A stretch of DNA of 64,000 nt, taken from NCBI GenBank assembly GCA_016794025.1, contig JAEUKX010000027.1:11222-75221 (forward strand), in the 5' to 3' direction. Both the position numbers and the translations under genes were made by a program. The notes beneath the pieces were generated by a model. It had not been told where the DNA came from. It saw only the letters and a program-made list of their open reading frames with translations, and searched no databases. The stretch comes from Rhodospirillales bacterium (GTDB lineage: Bacteria; Pseudomonadota; Alphaproteobacteria; CACIAM-22H2). Every line of letters begins with the position of its first letter. The stretch's first letter is position 1. This document shows, piece by piece, positions 50,059 through 58,583 of this stretch.

Positions 50059-50600
50059 TGCGTGTGGCGCTTGGCTTGCTGGTCGTCCTGGCGCTCGCCG
50101 GGCCTGCGGTTGCGCAGCCGGCCGGCGACGATGAAAAGGCGTACGAGGCGGGGCTCAAATCCTATCTCGACGGCGATCCCGGCTCGGCGTGGTTCTTCTG
50201 GATCGGCCCGGCGGAACGCGGAAACCGCGATGCACAGTTCTCGATCGGGCATCTCTATCGTGCCGGGGAAGGCGTGCCGGCCGATCCGAAGACCGCCGCC
50301 GACTGGTTCGCACGGGCGGCAGCGCAGGGCGATGCCCATGCGATGCTCAATCTCGCGCTGATGCACGAGCAGGGGCTCGGCGTGTCGCGTGACCTCGCGC
50401 TTGCCTATGCGTATGCCGCGCGTGCCGGCCGCCTGCTCGAAGGGGAGGAGTTCGAGCGTGCGAAAATTGCCGCGGCGCGAATCGCCGTCGGCTTTTCCGA
50501 CGGCGATCCGGAACGTGCCCGGCGTCTGATCATCGATATGGACCGTCGCCAGCCGCTTGGCACGGCTGCGGCAGGACGAAATCCCGTTCCGGCGCGCTAG
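50058..50600 (+). CDS. Secreted Sel1-repeat (TPR-like) protein
   Basis: Signal peptide MRVALGLLVVLALAGPAVAQ. Sel1 repeats (AQFSIGHLYRAGEGVPADPKTAADWFARAAAQGDAHAMLNLALMHEQGLGV). Confidence 0.8.
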   Translation: MRVALGLLVVLALAGPAVAQPAGDDEKAYEAGLKSYLDGDPGSAWFFWIGPAERGNRDAQFSIGHLYRAGEGVPADPKTAADWFARAAAQGDAHAMLNLALMHEQGLGVSRDLALAYAYAARAGRLLEGEEFERAKIAAARIAVGFSDGDPERARRLIIDMDRRQPLGTAAAGRNPVPAR

Positions 50601-50809
50601 TTCTTCTTGCCGCCTGTCTGCGATTTTTCGGCGGCTTTCGACTTCTTGTCGGCCTTGTTCTTCTCGTTCATTTCCTTGACCTGTGCGGCCCGATCCTTGC
50701 CGCGAATCTCGCCGGCCTTGTTCGAGCGCTCCGGCGCCTTCTGCGCGAATGCGGGTGTGCCGGCAAATGCGACGGCAATGACGGCCAGAACGGCAACGAG
50801 CATTTTCAT
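50597..50809 (-). CDS. Small secreted lysine-rich protein (70 aa precursor)
   Basis: GGAGGA RBS. Signal peptide MKMLVAVLAVIAVAFAGTPAFA; the mature part is highly charged (KNKADKKSKAAEKSQTGGKKN). Confidence 0.6.
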   Translation of the reverse strand: MKMLVAVLAVIAVAFAGTPAFAQKAPERSNKAGEIRGKDRAAQVKEMNEKNKADKKSKAAEKSQTGGKKN

Positions 50810-50822
50810 CGGTTGATCCTCC

Positions 50823-51605
50823 CTAACGGCCGGCGAACGCCGGCTTTCGTTTCTCGATGAACGCGGCGACTCCCTCGCGGAAATCTTCGCTGGCAACGAG
50901 TGTCGAGAAGGCTTTGCGCTCGAACTGAAGGCCGGTCTCGAGCGGGGTATCGCGCGCGGCCAGGACAAGTTCCTTGGCAAGCCGGATCGCCAGCGCGGGT
51001 TTCTCGGCGATCCGGGCGGCGAGGGCGACTGCACGCTCGTTGACCGAAGTATCCGGGACTGCCTCTGCGGCGAGCCCGCAGGCGACAGCCTCGGCGCCCG
51101 TCAGCGTTTCGCCGGCAAGGATGAGCTTCATGGCCACCTGCTGCCCGGCGATGCGTGCGAGGCGCTGCGTCCCGCCCGCGCCCGGCACGACACCGAGATT
51201 AACCTCGGGCTGTCCGAAGCGTGCACCTTCGCCCGCCACGACGATGTCGCAATGCATTGCCAGTTCGCAGCCGCCGCCCAGGGCGTAGCCGCAGACCGCC
51301 GCGACGATGGGCTTGGGAAAGCGGCGCATGCGCTGCCAGTGCAGTACGCGCGCGTCGAGCAAGGCGGTTACGGCCGTCCGCGTCGCCAGTTCCTTGATGT
51401 CGGCGCCGGCCGCGAATATCCGTTCGCCGCCGGTCACGACGACCGCCTTTACGTCGTCCTCGTCCGTGGCTGCATCGAACGCGTCGCCGAGCAGGCCGAG
51501 AAGGGCAGTCGAAAGCGCGTTTCGCGCAGACGGCCGGTTGAGCGTGAAGCGACGCACGCCAGGAGCGGGGGCGTCGATGAGCAGGTCGTTTGCCGTGGAA
51601 TCCAT
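50823..51605 (-). CDS. Enoyl-CoA hydratase/isomerase (crotonase) family protein
   Basis: FAAGADIKE and GYALGGGCELAMHCD oxyanion-hole motifs. 260 aa. Confidence 0.9.
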   Translation of the reverse strand: MDSTANDLLIDAPAPGVRRFTLNRPSARNALSTALLGLLGDAFDAATDEDDVKAVVVTGGERIFAAGADIKELATRTAVTALLDARVLHWQRMRRFPKPIVAAVCGYALGGGCELAMHCDIVVAGEGARFGQPEVNLGVVPGAGGTQRLARIAGQQVAMKLILAGETLTGAEAVACGLAAEAVPDTSVNERAVALAARIAEKPALAIRLAKELVLAARDTPLETGLQFERKAFSTLVASEDFREGVAAFIEKRKPAFAGR

Positions 51606-51626
51606 GTCGCCAGTATACCAGAATCG

Positions 51627-51657
51627 AAAACCCCCGCCGGGCGGGACCCGGCGGGGG
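51627..51657 (-). terminator. Rho-independent terminator
   Basis: Minus strand reads CCCCCGCCGGG-TCCCG-CCCGGCGGGGG (11-bp perfect stem) followed by TTTTC. Confidence 0.85.
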
Positions 51658-51692
51658 TCGGATCGAATGCCGTCAGGGAACCCGGAGGTTCC

Positions 51693-51812
51693 TCATTCCG
51701 ACGCGGAGGCGATCGTCACGGTCGTCTTCCGCGCGTGCCCGGCCCCGAATTTCTCCAAGGCGGTCACGGCAAACACCGGCCCAAAGCCGGAATAGAACGA
51801 TCCTGTGCGCAC
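51693..51812 (-). CDS. Candidate small protein (39 aa) with an exceptionally extended Shine-Dalgarno
   Basis: GTG at 51812 is preceded by GAAAGGAGGTGATCCA. Translation VRTGSFYSGFGPVFAVTALEKFGAGHARKTTVTIASASE. 31 of 38 third codon positions counted by eye are G/C. The stop abuts hairpin GGAACC-TCCG-GGTTCC (51677-51692), then the terminator. Confidence 0.45.
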   Translation of the reverse strand: MRTGSFYSGFGPVFAVTALEKFGAGHARKTTVTIASASE

Positions 51813-52031
51813 TGGATCACCTCCTTTCGTGGCGGCGACCGGCCCGCGATCCCGCGCGAGCGTCGCTGCGGCCGCCGGAAGGACGGATAGGCCGCCCACC
51901 CTGTCGGAAATCTCCGCCGGTATCCGGCGAATCGATCCGACATATCGACGGCAGAATCATGCGGGACACGGAGTCATGCGGTCAAGGATTTCAGGGATGT
52001 CCGCAACCGGAAATCGAATCCGACCCGGTCC

Positions 52032-53672
52032 TCAGGGTTTCGCGGGCTCGCGCAGCCTGAAGCGCTGCACCTTGCCGGTTTCCGTGCGCGGCAGTGACGG
52101 GACGAACTCGATCGCGCGCGGATACTTGTAGGGCGCGATGGTCGCCTTCACGAAATCTTGCAATTCCTTGGCCGTCTCGGGCGCCGCATGGCGCATGTCG
52201 CGCAGGACGACGAAGGCCTTCACGATCGTGCCGCGGTCCGCATCGGGCGCGCCGACGACCGCGCATTCACGGACCTTCGGATGGTCGAGGAGTACGCTCT
52301 CCACCTCCGGTCCCGACACGTTGTAGCCGGCCGTCACGATCATGTCGTCGGTGCGCGCCTGATACCAGAAGTACCCCTGGGCATCCATCCGGTAGGCATC
52401 GCCCGTCAGGTTCCAGCCGTTCTGGACGTACTTGCGCTGCCGCTCGACATCGTCGAGATAGCGGCAACCGGTCGGGCCGCGCACGGCAAGCCGGCCGATC
52501 TCGCCGACCGGCGCCGGTTTTCCGGCCTCGTCGAGGATGCAGGCCGCGTAGCCGGGAATTGCACGGCCGGTGGCGCCGGCGATCATGTCCTCGGGTGCCG
52601 CCGCCACGAAGATGTGCAGCATCTCGGTGGCGCCAAGCCCGTCGATCAGGCGGATGCCGGTGTGGCGTTCCCACCCCTCGAAGACCGGCTTGGGCAGATG
52701 TTCGCCGGCGGATACTCCCTTGCGAAGGCTCGCGAAGGCGGCCGCCGGTGCATTCTCGGTCATGGCGCGGTAAGCGGTGGGCGCCGTGAAAACGACCGTC
52801 GCCCGGCCGTCCGCGATGATCTGGGGCAGCGCATCGGGCGTGGCGCGCTCGGCCAGCAGTGTCGAGGCGCCGAACCGCATGGGAAACGTCACAAGACCGC
52901 CGAGCCCGAACGTGAAGGCGAGCGGCGGCGATCCGGTGAAAATGTCGTCGGACTGCGGCTTCAGCACGTAGCGCGGGAAGGCGTCGCAGATCGCCATCAC
53001 GTCGCGGTGGAAATGCATCGTCCCTTTTGCGGGCCCCGTCGTGCCCGATGTAAACGCGATCAGCGCCACGTCGTCGGCCGCGGTCGGGCAGTTGTCGAAC
53101 AGCGCAGGCTTTGCGGCCATGCGCTTCTCGATTCCGTCGGACGCATCGCCGTTGAAATAGGCGATGTCGCGGCACACGGTCGCGTCCGACTTGGCCTTTT
53201 CCATCTCCTCGGCAAGGCGGACATCGCAAAGCGCCAGCGTCACCTGCGCCTTCGTCAGGATGTAGCCGAGTTCCTTCGCGCGCAGCAGCGGCATTGTCGC
53301 CACCGCGATGCCGCCGGCCTTCAGCACGGCAAACCAGCACGCCACCATCATCGGATTGTTTGCCGCGCGCAGCAGCACACGGTTGCCCGGCACGAGGCCG
53401 AAATCCTCGACGAGGACGCACGCGATCCGGTTTGCGCGGTCAAGCAGGTCGGCATACGTCCAGACATCCTTGCCGAAACGGATGCAAGGCCGCCCGCCCC
53501 AACCCTTCGCGACCGCCGCATCGAGCAGTTCGACGCCGGCGTTCAGGCGCGGCGGATAGTAAAGCTCGGGCAGAGCGAAGAACATCTCCGGCCAGTCGGC
53601 CGCATCGGGCAGGCGGGCACGCGCAAATCCGTCGATATGGGCCGACGGGGACAGGGCAGGGCGGTCAGTCAT
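52032..53672 (-). CDS. AMP-binding CoA ligase of the benzoate/2-aminobenzoate-CoA ligase type
   Basis: Start MTDRPALSPSAHIDGFARARLPDAADWPE...PELYYPPRLNAGVELLD, FTSGTTGPAKGTMH, GWNLTGD, YKYPRAIEFVPSLPRTETGKVQRFRLR. Overlaps the upstream gene by 8 nt. Confidence 0.85.
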   Translation of the reverse strand: MTDRPALSPSAHIDGFARARLPDAADWPEMFFALPELYYPPRLNAGVELLDAAVAKGWGGRPCIRFGKDVWTYADLLDRANRIACVLVEDFGLVPGNRVLLRAANNPMMVACWFAVLKAGGIAVATMPLLRAKELGYILTKAQVTLALCDVRLAEEMEKAKSDATVCRDIAYFNGDASDGIEKRMAAKPALFDNCPTAADDVALIAFTSGTTGPAKGTMHFHRDVMAICDAFPRYVLKPQSDDIFTGSPPLAFTFGLGGLVTFPMRFGASTLLAERATPDALPQIIADGRATVVFTAPTAYRAMTENAPAAAFASLRKGVSAGEHLPKPVFEGWERHTGIRLIDGLGATEMLHIFVAAAPEDMIAGATGRAIPGYAACILDEAGKPAPVGEIGRLAVRGPTGCRYLDDVERQRKYVQNGWNLTGDAYRMDAQGYFWYQARTDDMIVTAGYNVSGPEVESVLLDHPKVRECAVVGAPDADRGTIVKAFVVLRDMRHAAPETAKELQDFVKATIAPYKYPRAIEFVPSLPRTETGKVQRFRLREPAKP

Positions 53673-55116
53673 GCGCTGGTTCGGCCTCCTCGAAGCGCGG
53701 GATGGCGGGTTCGGCCCGGACAATGTTCGACGGCTGCGTGTGACGGCCGCAACCGTCATACGCCATCACGTGATAGGTATAGGTGAGCCCGCCGATGGCG
53801 AGCCTGTCGGCAAACTTGGTACCTTTGACGGCCTCGACGATAGTGGCGGTACCGTCCTCCTCCGCGCGGAACACGTCGTAGCCGGCGATGTCGCCCACCG
53901 CGCGCGACCACGACAGCTTCACGACGCCTCGCTCGATCTTCGCGGTCAGGCCGGCCCCGGCCTCCGGCCAGCGCGGTGCCTTCGTGCCGGCATCCTCGAC
54001 CGGGGCCTGGGTAAAGCCTTTCGGCCAGAGGAAGCAGCTCACGAGCTTGAAGTTCTCGTCGAGCTGTTTGCAGACGTTGCAGTAGATGCAGCGCAGGATG
54101 GCGTGCGCGCGGCCTTCCTCGACCTTCCGAACCCAGTCCGGATCGGCAAGAAGCTGGCGTGCCATGCCCACGATATCCGCGCGGCCTTCGGCGACGAGCC
54201 GTTCGGCATCGGCGGGGTCGCTGATCTTCCCGACCGAGACGACCGGGACATCGAAGCCGTGCCGGTTGATGTACGCCTTGATGCCGGCCGCAAGATGGAC
54301 ATGCGGCAGCGGCGGATACTGGTCGCCGGGCATGCAGCGGTCGCCGGAATAGCCGGTATAGGGATAGAGCGGCGAGCCCTCCTTCTGGACGGCATCTTCG
54401 AATTTCCCGCCGACCGAAAGCGAGATGTAGTCGACGCCCAGCTGCGCCATGCGCAGCGCGATACGCTGGCTGTCCGGCAGCGCGTAGCCGTCCTTGATTG
54501 CCTCCTCGGCAAGGAAGCGCACGCCGACCGGGAAATCGCTACCGACTGTCTGGCGCACGCGGGCCATCACGCGGCCGAAAAGGTGCAGCCTGCCTTCGAG
54601 CGTGCGTCCGTCATAGGCATCCCGGCGCGGATTGCGCCGCGACAGGAACGATGAAAGCGTATAGGCGTGCGCCGAGTGGAGTTCGACGCCGTCGTACCCG
54701 GCTTCGCGCGCGCGCGCGGCCGCGGCGCCGAACGCCTCCACGATCGCGTCGATCTCGCCTTCGTCCAGCATGTCGATGGTCTGGCGCCAGCCGGACCGCG
54801 CGACCTTCATGAAGTGGATGATCTGCGGAACGATCTTCGACGGACCCGCATCCTTGACCCGGCGTACCAGTTCGCGGTGGCCCGGCACGAAGTCGTCGCG
54901 CGACAGGCGCAACAGCGGGCCGGACTTCGATTCGTGCACGGCTGTCGCCTCGACCACGATCAGCCCGACATGACCCCTCGAATACCGCACGTAGCGGTCG
55001 ATGATGCCTTCGTTCACGAAGCCGTCTTCGCCCGAAAGGCGCGTGACCATCGCGGGTACGAGCACGCGGTTCGGGGCGGTCATCGTGCCGATGCGGACCG
55101 GTTCGAGCAGTTTCAT
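53665..55116 (-). CDS. Old-yellow-enzyme / 2,4-dienoyl-CoA-reductase-like FMN oxidoreductase with a 4-Cys motif and a C-terminal FN3-like domain
   Basis: LEPVRIG...APNRVLVPAM, HSAHAYTLSSFLS, and RCIYCNVCKQLDENFKLVSC (CxxCxxCx11C). The C-terminus VKLSWSRAVGDIAGYDVFRAEEDG...LTYTYHVMAYDGCGRHTQPS fits the FN3 pattern. Confidence 0.8.
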   Translation of the reverse strand: MKLLEPVRIGTMTAPNRVLVPAMVTRLSGEDGFVNEGIIDRYVRYSRGHVGLIVVEATAVHESKSGPLLRLSRDDFVPGHRELVRRVKDAGPSKIVPQIIHFMKVARSGWRQTIDMLDEGEIDAIVEAFGAAAARAREAGYDGVELHSAHAYTLSSFLSRRNPRRDAYDGRTLEGRLHLFGRVMARVRQTVGSDFPVGVRFLAEEAIKDGYALPDSQRIALRMAQLGVDYISLSVGGKFEDAVQKEGSPLYPYTGYSGDRCMPGDQYPPLPHVHLAAGIKAYINRHGFDVPVVSVGKISDPADAERLVAEGRADIVGMARQLLADPDWVRKVEEGRAHAILRCIYCNVCKQLDENFKLVSCFLWPKGFTQAPVEDAGTKAPRWPEAGAGLTAKIERGVVKLSWSRAVGDIAGYDVFRAEEDGTATIVEAVKGTKFADRLAIGGLTYTYHVMAYDGCGRHTQPSNIVRAEPAIPRFEEAEPAHD

Positions 55117-55295
55117 TTTTCGCCAACCTCGGCAAGACACTCAGGGCAAAGGCAGCTCGCCTGCGCACCGGGCGCGGGAACGGGCATCACGACATCGACA
55201 TGCTTGCACCAGCAGTCGCCTGCCGGATCGCAGCCGAACAGCTCACCGCAGCGCACGCAGACGATCTCGCTGGCGGCCTGCGGCGCGGGCGTCAC
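55113..55295 (-). CDS. Cysteine-rich CWC family small protein (60 aa, 8 Cys)
   Basis: GTGA overlap with the ACAD stop and ATGA overlap with the OYE start. [18 protein letters not shown]...CLCPEC. Confidence 0.6.
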   Translation of the reverse strand: MTPAPQAASEIVCVRCGELFGCDPAGDCWCKHVDVVMPVPAPGAQASCLCPECLAEVGEK

Positions 55296-56476
55296 GGCGC
55301 GGCATCCCCGTCGAACGCCGCGATCACCTGGCCCGCGACGACGAGCTTCTGGATCTCGGTGGCGCCTTCGTAGATACGCAGCGCCCGCACCTCGCGGTAG
55401 AGCCGCTCCACGACGCTGTCCGCGACGACGCCCATGCCGCCATGGATCTGCATGGCGCGGTCGACGACCCTCTGCGCCATTTCCGTCGTGTAGAACTTGG
55501 CCATCGAGGCTTCCCGCGTCACGCGCGGCGCGGCGCAATCCTTCGTCCACGCCGCGCGGTAGACGAGAAGGGCGGCGGCGTCGATTTCCGTCGCACAATC
55601 CGCCAGTGCGGCCTGCGTGAGCTGGAAATCCGCGAGCATCGCGCCGAACGCCTCGCGCTGGCGGGCGTATGCGATCGCCTCGTCGAGAGCCCGGCGCGCG
55701 AAACCCAGTGCCGCTGCGGCAACGGTCGACCGGAAGATGTCGAGCGTCGACATGGCGATCTTGAACCCGTCGCCGGCCTTCCCGAGCAGCGATGCCGCCG
55801 GGACGCGGCAGTTCTTGAATTCAAGTGTGGCCAGCGGATGCGGCGCGGTCGTCCGGATGCGTGCGGCGACCGACAGGCCCGGTGTGTCGGCGTCGACGAT
55901 GAACGCCGAGAGGCCCTTGGCGCCGGGCGCTTCGCCGGTCCGTGCGAAGACAACATAGTGGCCTGCGATCCCGCCGTTCGAGATCCAGGTCTTCCGTCCG
56001 TCGAGGATGTAGCTTCCATTCTCGGCCCGCGCGGCGGTGCGCATGGCGGCGACGTCCGAGCCGCCTTCGGGCTCGGACAGCGCGAAGGCGGCGAGATGCC
56101 CACCGTCGCGCACCGGTGGCAGGTAGCGGTCCTTCTGCGCGTGCGTCCCGAAAAGAGTAATGGAGCCGGTGCCGAGGCCCTGCATGGCGAAGGCAAAGTC
56201 GGCCAGACCGGACCGGTAGGCGAGCGTCTCGCGTATGAGGCAGAGCGAGCGCACGTCCAGCCCGTCATGGGCGCCGCCATGCGACTTCGGCACCGCGTAA
56301 TCGAGGAAACCGGCTTCACCGAGCAGGCGCGCGAAGCGGCGCGTCGCCGCATCGGCATCCTGATCGTCGTGTGCGATGGGTTCGATCGTTTCGGCGGCCC
56401 AGCGGGACAGGCGCTGTGCGAGCGTGCGATGCGCCGCGTCGAAGAAGGGCCAGCCGAGAAACGAGCGGTCGGGCAT
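55292..56476 (-). CDS. Acyl-CoA dehydrogenase
   Basis: [21 protein letters not shown], and the canonical catalytic region [10 protein letters not shown]. 394 aa. Confidence 0.92.
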   Translation of the reverse strand: MPDRSFLGWPFFDAAHRTLAQRLSRWAAETIEPIAHDDQDADAATRRFARLLGEAGFLDYAVPKSHGGAHDGLDVRSLCLIRETLAYRSGLADFAFAMQGLGTGSITLFGTHAQKDRYLPPVRDGGHLAAFALSEPEGGSDVAAMRTAARAENGSYILDGRKTWISNGGIAGHYVVFARTGEAPGAKGLSAFIVDADTPGLSVAARIRTTAPHPLATLEFKNCRVPAASLLGKAGDGFKIAMSTLDIFRSTVAAAALGFARRALDEAIAYARQREAFGAMLADFQLTQAALADCATEIDAAALLVYRAAWTKDCAAPRVTREASMAKFYTTEMAQRVVDRAMQIHGGMGVVADSVVERLYREVRALRIYEGATEIQKLVVAGQVIAAFDGDAAP

Positions 56477-57300
56477 CAGTTCCCCTCGAAAACCGGCTTC
56501 TGCTTGGCGGCGAAGGCCCGATACGCACGCGCGAAATCCTCGGTCTGCATGCAGATCGCCTGCGCCTGCGCCTCGGCCTCGATGGCCTGTTCGACGCCCA
56601 TGTTCCACTGGTGGTCGAGCGCCTTCTTGGTCATCGCGTGGGCAAATGTGGGGCCGGCGGCAAGATCGGCCGCCAACGCATGCGCGGCCGCGCCAAGCGC
56701 ATCCGGCTCGGCCAGACGGTTGAAGAAGCCCCAGCGTTCGGCCTCGTCTCCACCCATCGAACGGCCGGTGAATAGGAGATCCGCCGCACGGCCCTGGCCG
56801 ACGATGCGCGGCAGCAGACTGCATGCACCCATGTCGCAGCCCGCAAGCCCGACCCGCACGAACAGGAAGGCGACCTTCGCGCGCGGCGTGCCGATGCGGA
56901 AGTCCGCTGCCATCGCGATGGCAGCGCCGGCGCCCGCGCATACGCCGTCGATCGCGGCCACGACGGTCTGCGGGGCCGCGCGGATCGCCTTCACGAGGTC
57001 GCCGGTCATGCGCGTGAAGCGAAGGAGGTCGGGCATCTCCATGCCGACGAGCGGACCGATGATCTCGTGGACGTCGCCGCCCGAGCAGAAATTTCCGCCG
57101 GCACCCGTGATCACCACGCTGCGAATCGCGTCGACATAGACAAGGTCGCGGAACAGGTCGCGCAGCTCGGCATAGCTCTCGAAGGTCAGCGGATTCTTGC
57201 GCTCGGGCCGGTCGAGCGTCACGGTCGCCACATTCCCGTTCACCGCGAACGCGAAGTGCTTCGGCTGGAAACGGGCTGCATCGTATCGGGTAAGGGTCAT
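56476..57300 (-). CDS. Enoyl-CoA hydratase/isomerase family protein
   Basis: [24 protein letters not shown], and [19 protein letters not shown]. Confidence 0.9.
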   Translation of the reverse strand: MTLTRYDAARFQPKHFAFAVNGNVATVTLDRPERKNPLTFESYAELRDLFRDLVYVDAIRSVVITGAGGNFCSGGDVHEIIGPLVGMEMPDLLRFTRMTGDLVKAIRAAPQTVVAAIDGVCAGAGAAIAMAADFRIGTPRAKVAFLFVRVGLAGCDMGACSLLPRIVGQGRAADLLFTGRSMGGDEAERWGFFNRLAEPDALGAAAHALAADLAAGPTFAHAMTKKALDHQWNMGVEQAIEAEAQAQAICMQTEDFARAYRAFAAKQKPVFEGN

Positions 57301-57779
57301 GGCCTGTCTCCGGCGGCGGATGTCTTGAGTTTCGCCAGAAGGGCGAGAAGGCGCCTGATCTCGGCCGGGTCGAGCGCGGAAAACGCTTCGTCGATCCAGC
57401 GCTCATGGGTCGGGAGCATCGCCTCGAATGCGCGCGTGCCGGCGGGCGTCAGCGACACGCGAGCCGAGCGCCGGTCGCCCGGCTGCGCGTGCCGCGCGAT
57501 GAGCCCTTCCGAAACGAGACCGTCGACAAGCCCCGTTACGTTGCCGGCGGAGACCATCATGCGCTGCGAGAGTTCGCCCATCGTCAGGCCGTCGGGATGG
57601 CCGTTCTGCCGGGCGCGCGCGAGCTGCGAGAGCACATCGAAGCGGGGGAGGGTGATCGAGAAGGATTCGCGCAGACCCGCCCGCACGCGTGCCTCGATCA
57701 GGTTCGCGCAGGTCAGCAGGCGCAGCCAGGCGCGCAGCTGGAGGTGCTCCGTCTGTTCGTGGCCGAGCTCCCGATCCAT
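57297..57779 (-). CDS. MarR family transcriptional regulator (embedded in the operon)
   Basis: [12 protein letters not shown]...[30 protein letters not shown]...DRRS. 4-nt overlap with the downstream gene. Confidence 0.88.
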   Translation of the reverse strand: MDRELGHEQTEHLQLRAWLRLLTCANLIEARVRAGLRESFSITLPRFDVLSQLARARQNGHPDGLTMGELSQRMMVSAGNVTGLVDGLVSEGLIARHAQPGDRRSARVSLTPAGTRAFEAMLPTHERWIDEAFSALDPAEIRRLLALLAKLKTSAAGDRP

Positions 57780-57783
57780 CGGC

Positions 57784-58569
57784 TCAGACCTCGCCGCCGG
57801 CGATGGGCAGTGCCGCGCCGGTTATGCCCGCAGCGGCATCCGAACAGAGATATGCCACCATCGCTGCAACTTCGGCCGGCCGTACGAGCCGCCCCATCGG
57901 GTTTGCGGCGGCAAATGTCTCGATCACGCGGTCGGGCGTCGTGCGCGTTTTTGTGGCGACACCCTGTGCCGCGTCCTGCAGCATTGGCGTGTCGGTATAG
58001 CCGGGGCAGACGGCGTTGACCGTCACGCCGGTCTTCGCAAGCTCGAGGCCGAGCGAGCGCGTGAGCCCGACGAGGCCGTGCTTGGCGGCCACGTAGGCCG
58101 ACGCATAGGCGTATCCCTTCAGGCCGGCGGTCGACGCGATGTTGACGACCCGTCCCCATCCGTCGGCGACCATCGCCGGAATGGCGAGCCGGCTGGCCGT
58201 ATAGGCGGCCGTCAGGTTGAGGCCGAGCATGCGCGCCCACAGTTCCGGTTCGGTGCGGGCGATGGGCGCGGTCTCGGCCCCGCCGGCATTGTTCACGAGG
58301 ATGTCGACATGCTGAGCGCCGGCAGCGGTGGCGAAGGCCTGGCCAAGCGCGATCGCATCGGTGACGTCACATGCGATCGCCTGTGCGTCGAGTTCGGCGG
58401 CCAGCGGCGCAAGACGGTGCCGGTCACGGGCAACGAGCGTCACCCGCGCGCCCGAAGCCGCCAGCGTCCGCGCGATCTCGGCGCCGATCCCGCGCGAGGC
58501 GCCGGTCACGAGCGCATGGCGCCCTGCGAGGGACTTTGCGGAGATGCCTGCCAGATCGGACCGGGTCAA
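57784..58569 (-). CDS. SDR family oxidoreductase (3-hydroxyacyl-CoA dehydrogenase-like role suggested by context)
   Basis: TGASRGIG, NNAG, YVAAKHG. TTG start at 58569 with GAGGG 7 nt upstream. Confidence 0.85.
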   Translation of the reverse strand: MTRSDLAGISAKSLAGRHALVTGASRGIGAEIARTLAASGARVTLVARDRHRLAPLAAELDAQAIACDVTDAIALGQAFATAAGAQHVDILVNNAGGAETAPIARTEPELWARMLGLNLTAAYTASRLAIPAMVADGWGRVVNIASTAGLKGYAYASAYVAAKHGLVGLTRSLGLELAKTGVTVNAVCPGYTDTPMLQDAAQGVATKTRTTPDRVIETFAAANPMGRLVRPAEVAAMVAYLCSDAAAGITGAALPIAGGEV

Positions 58570-58583
58570 CGGGATGCCCTCGT

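Noticed and set aside
51812-51828. The plus-strand CTGGATCACCTCCTTTC might be a fragment or pseudogene of a 16S rRNA 3' end.
   Set aside because: Only about 17-25 nt resemble 16S. The flanking sequence has none of the conserved helix 44/45 sequence, and no ITS, tRNA or 23S follows. Reading it as an extended SD on the opposite strand, with correct spacing to a GTG, fits better.
51693-51899. The 68-aa version of the small ORF, starting at ATG 51899.
   Set aside because: The upstream 29 codons have visibly lower third-position G/C, contain the SD-like sequence itself in frame, and have no RBS. The 39-codon version starting at GTG 51812 is preferred, though still unproven.
51995-52031. tRNA-like T-arm (CGGA-AATCGAA-TCCG) just after the CoA-ligase stop.
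   Set aside because: The loop is not the canonical TTCRANY. No acceptor stem, D-arm or anticodon arm can be built from the flanking 80 nt.
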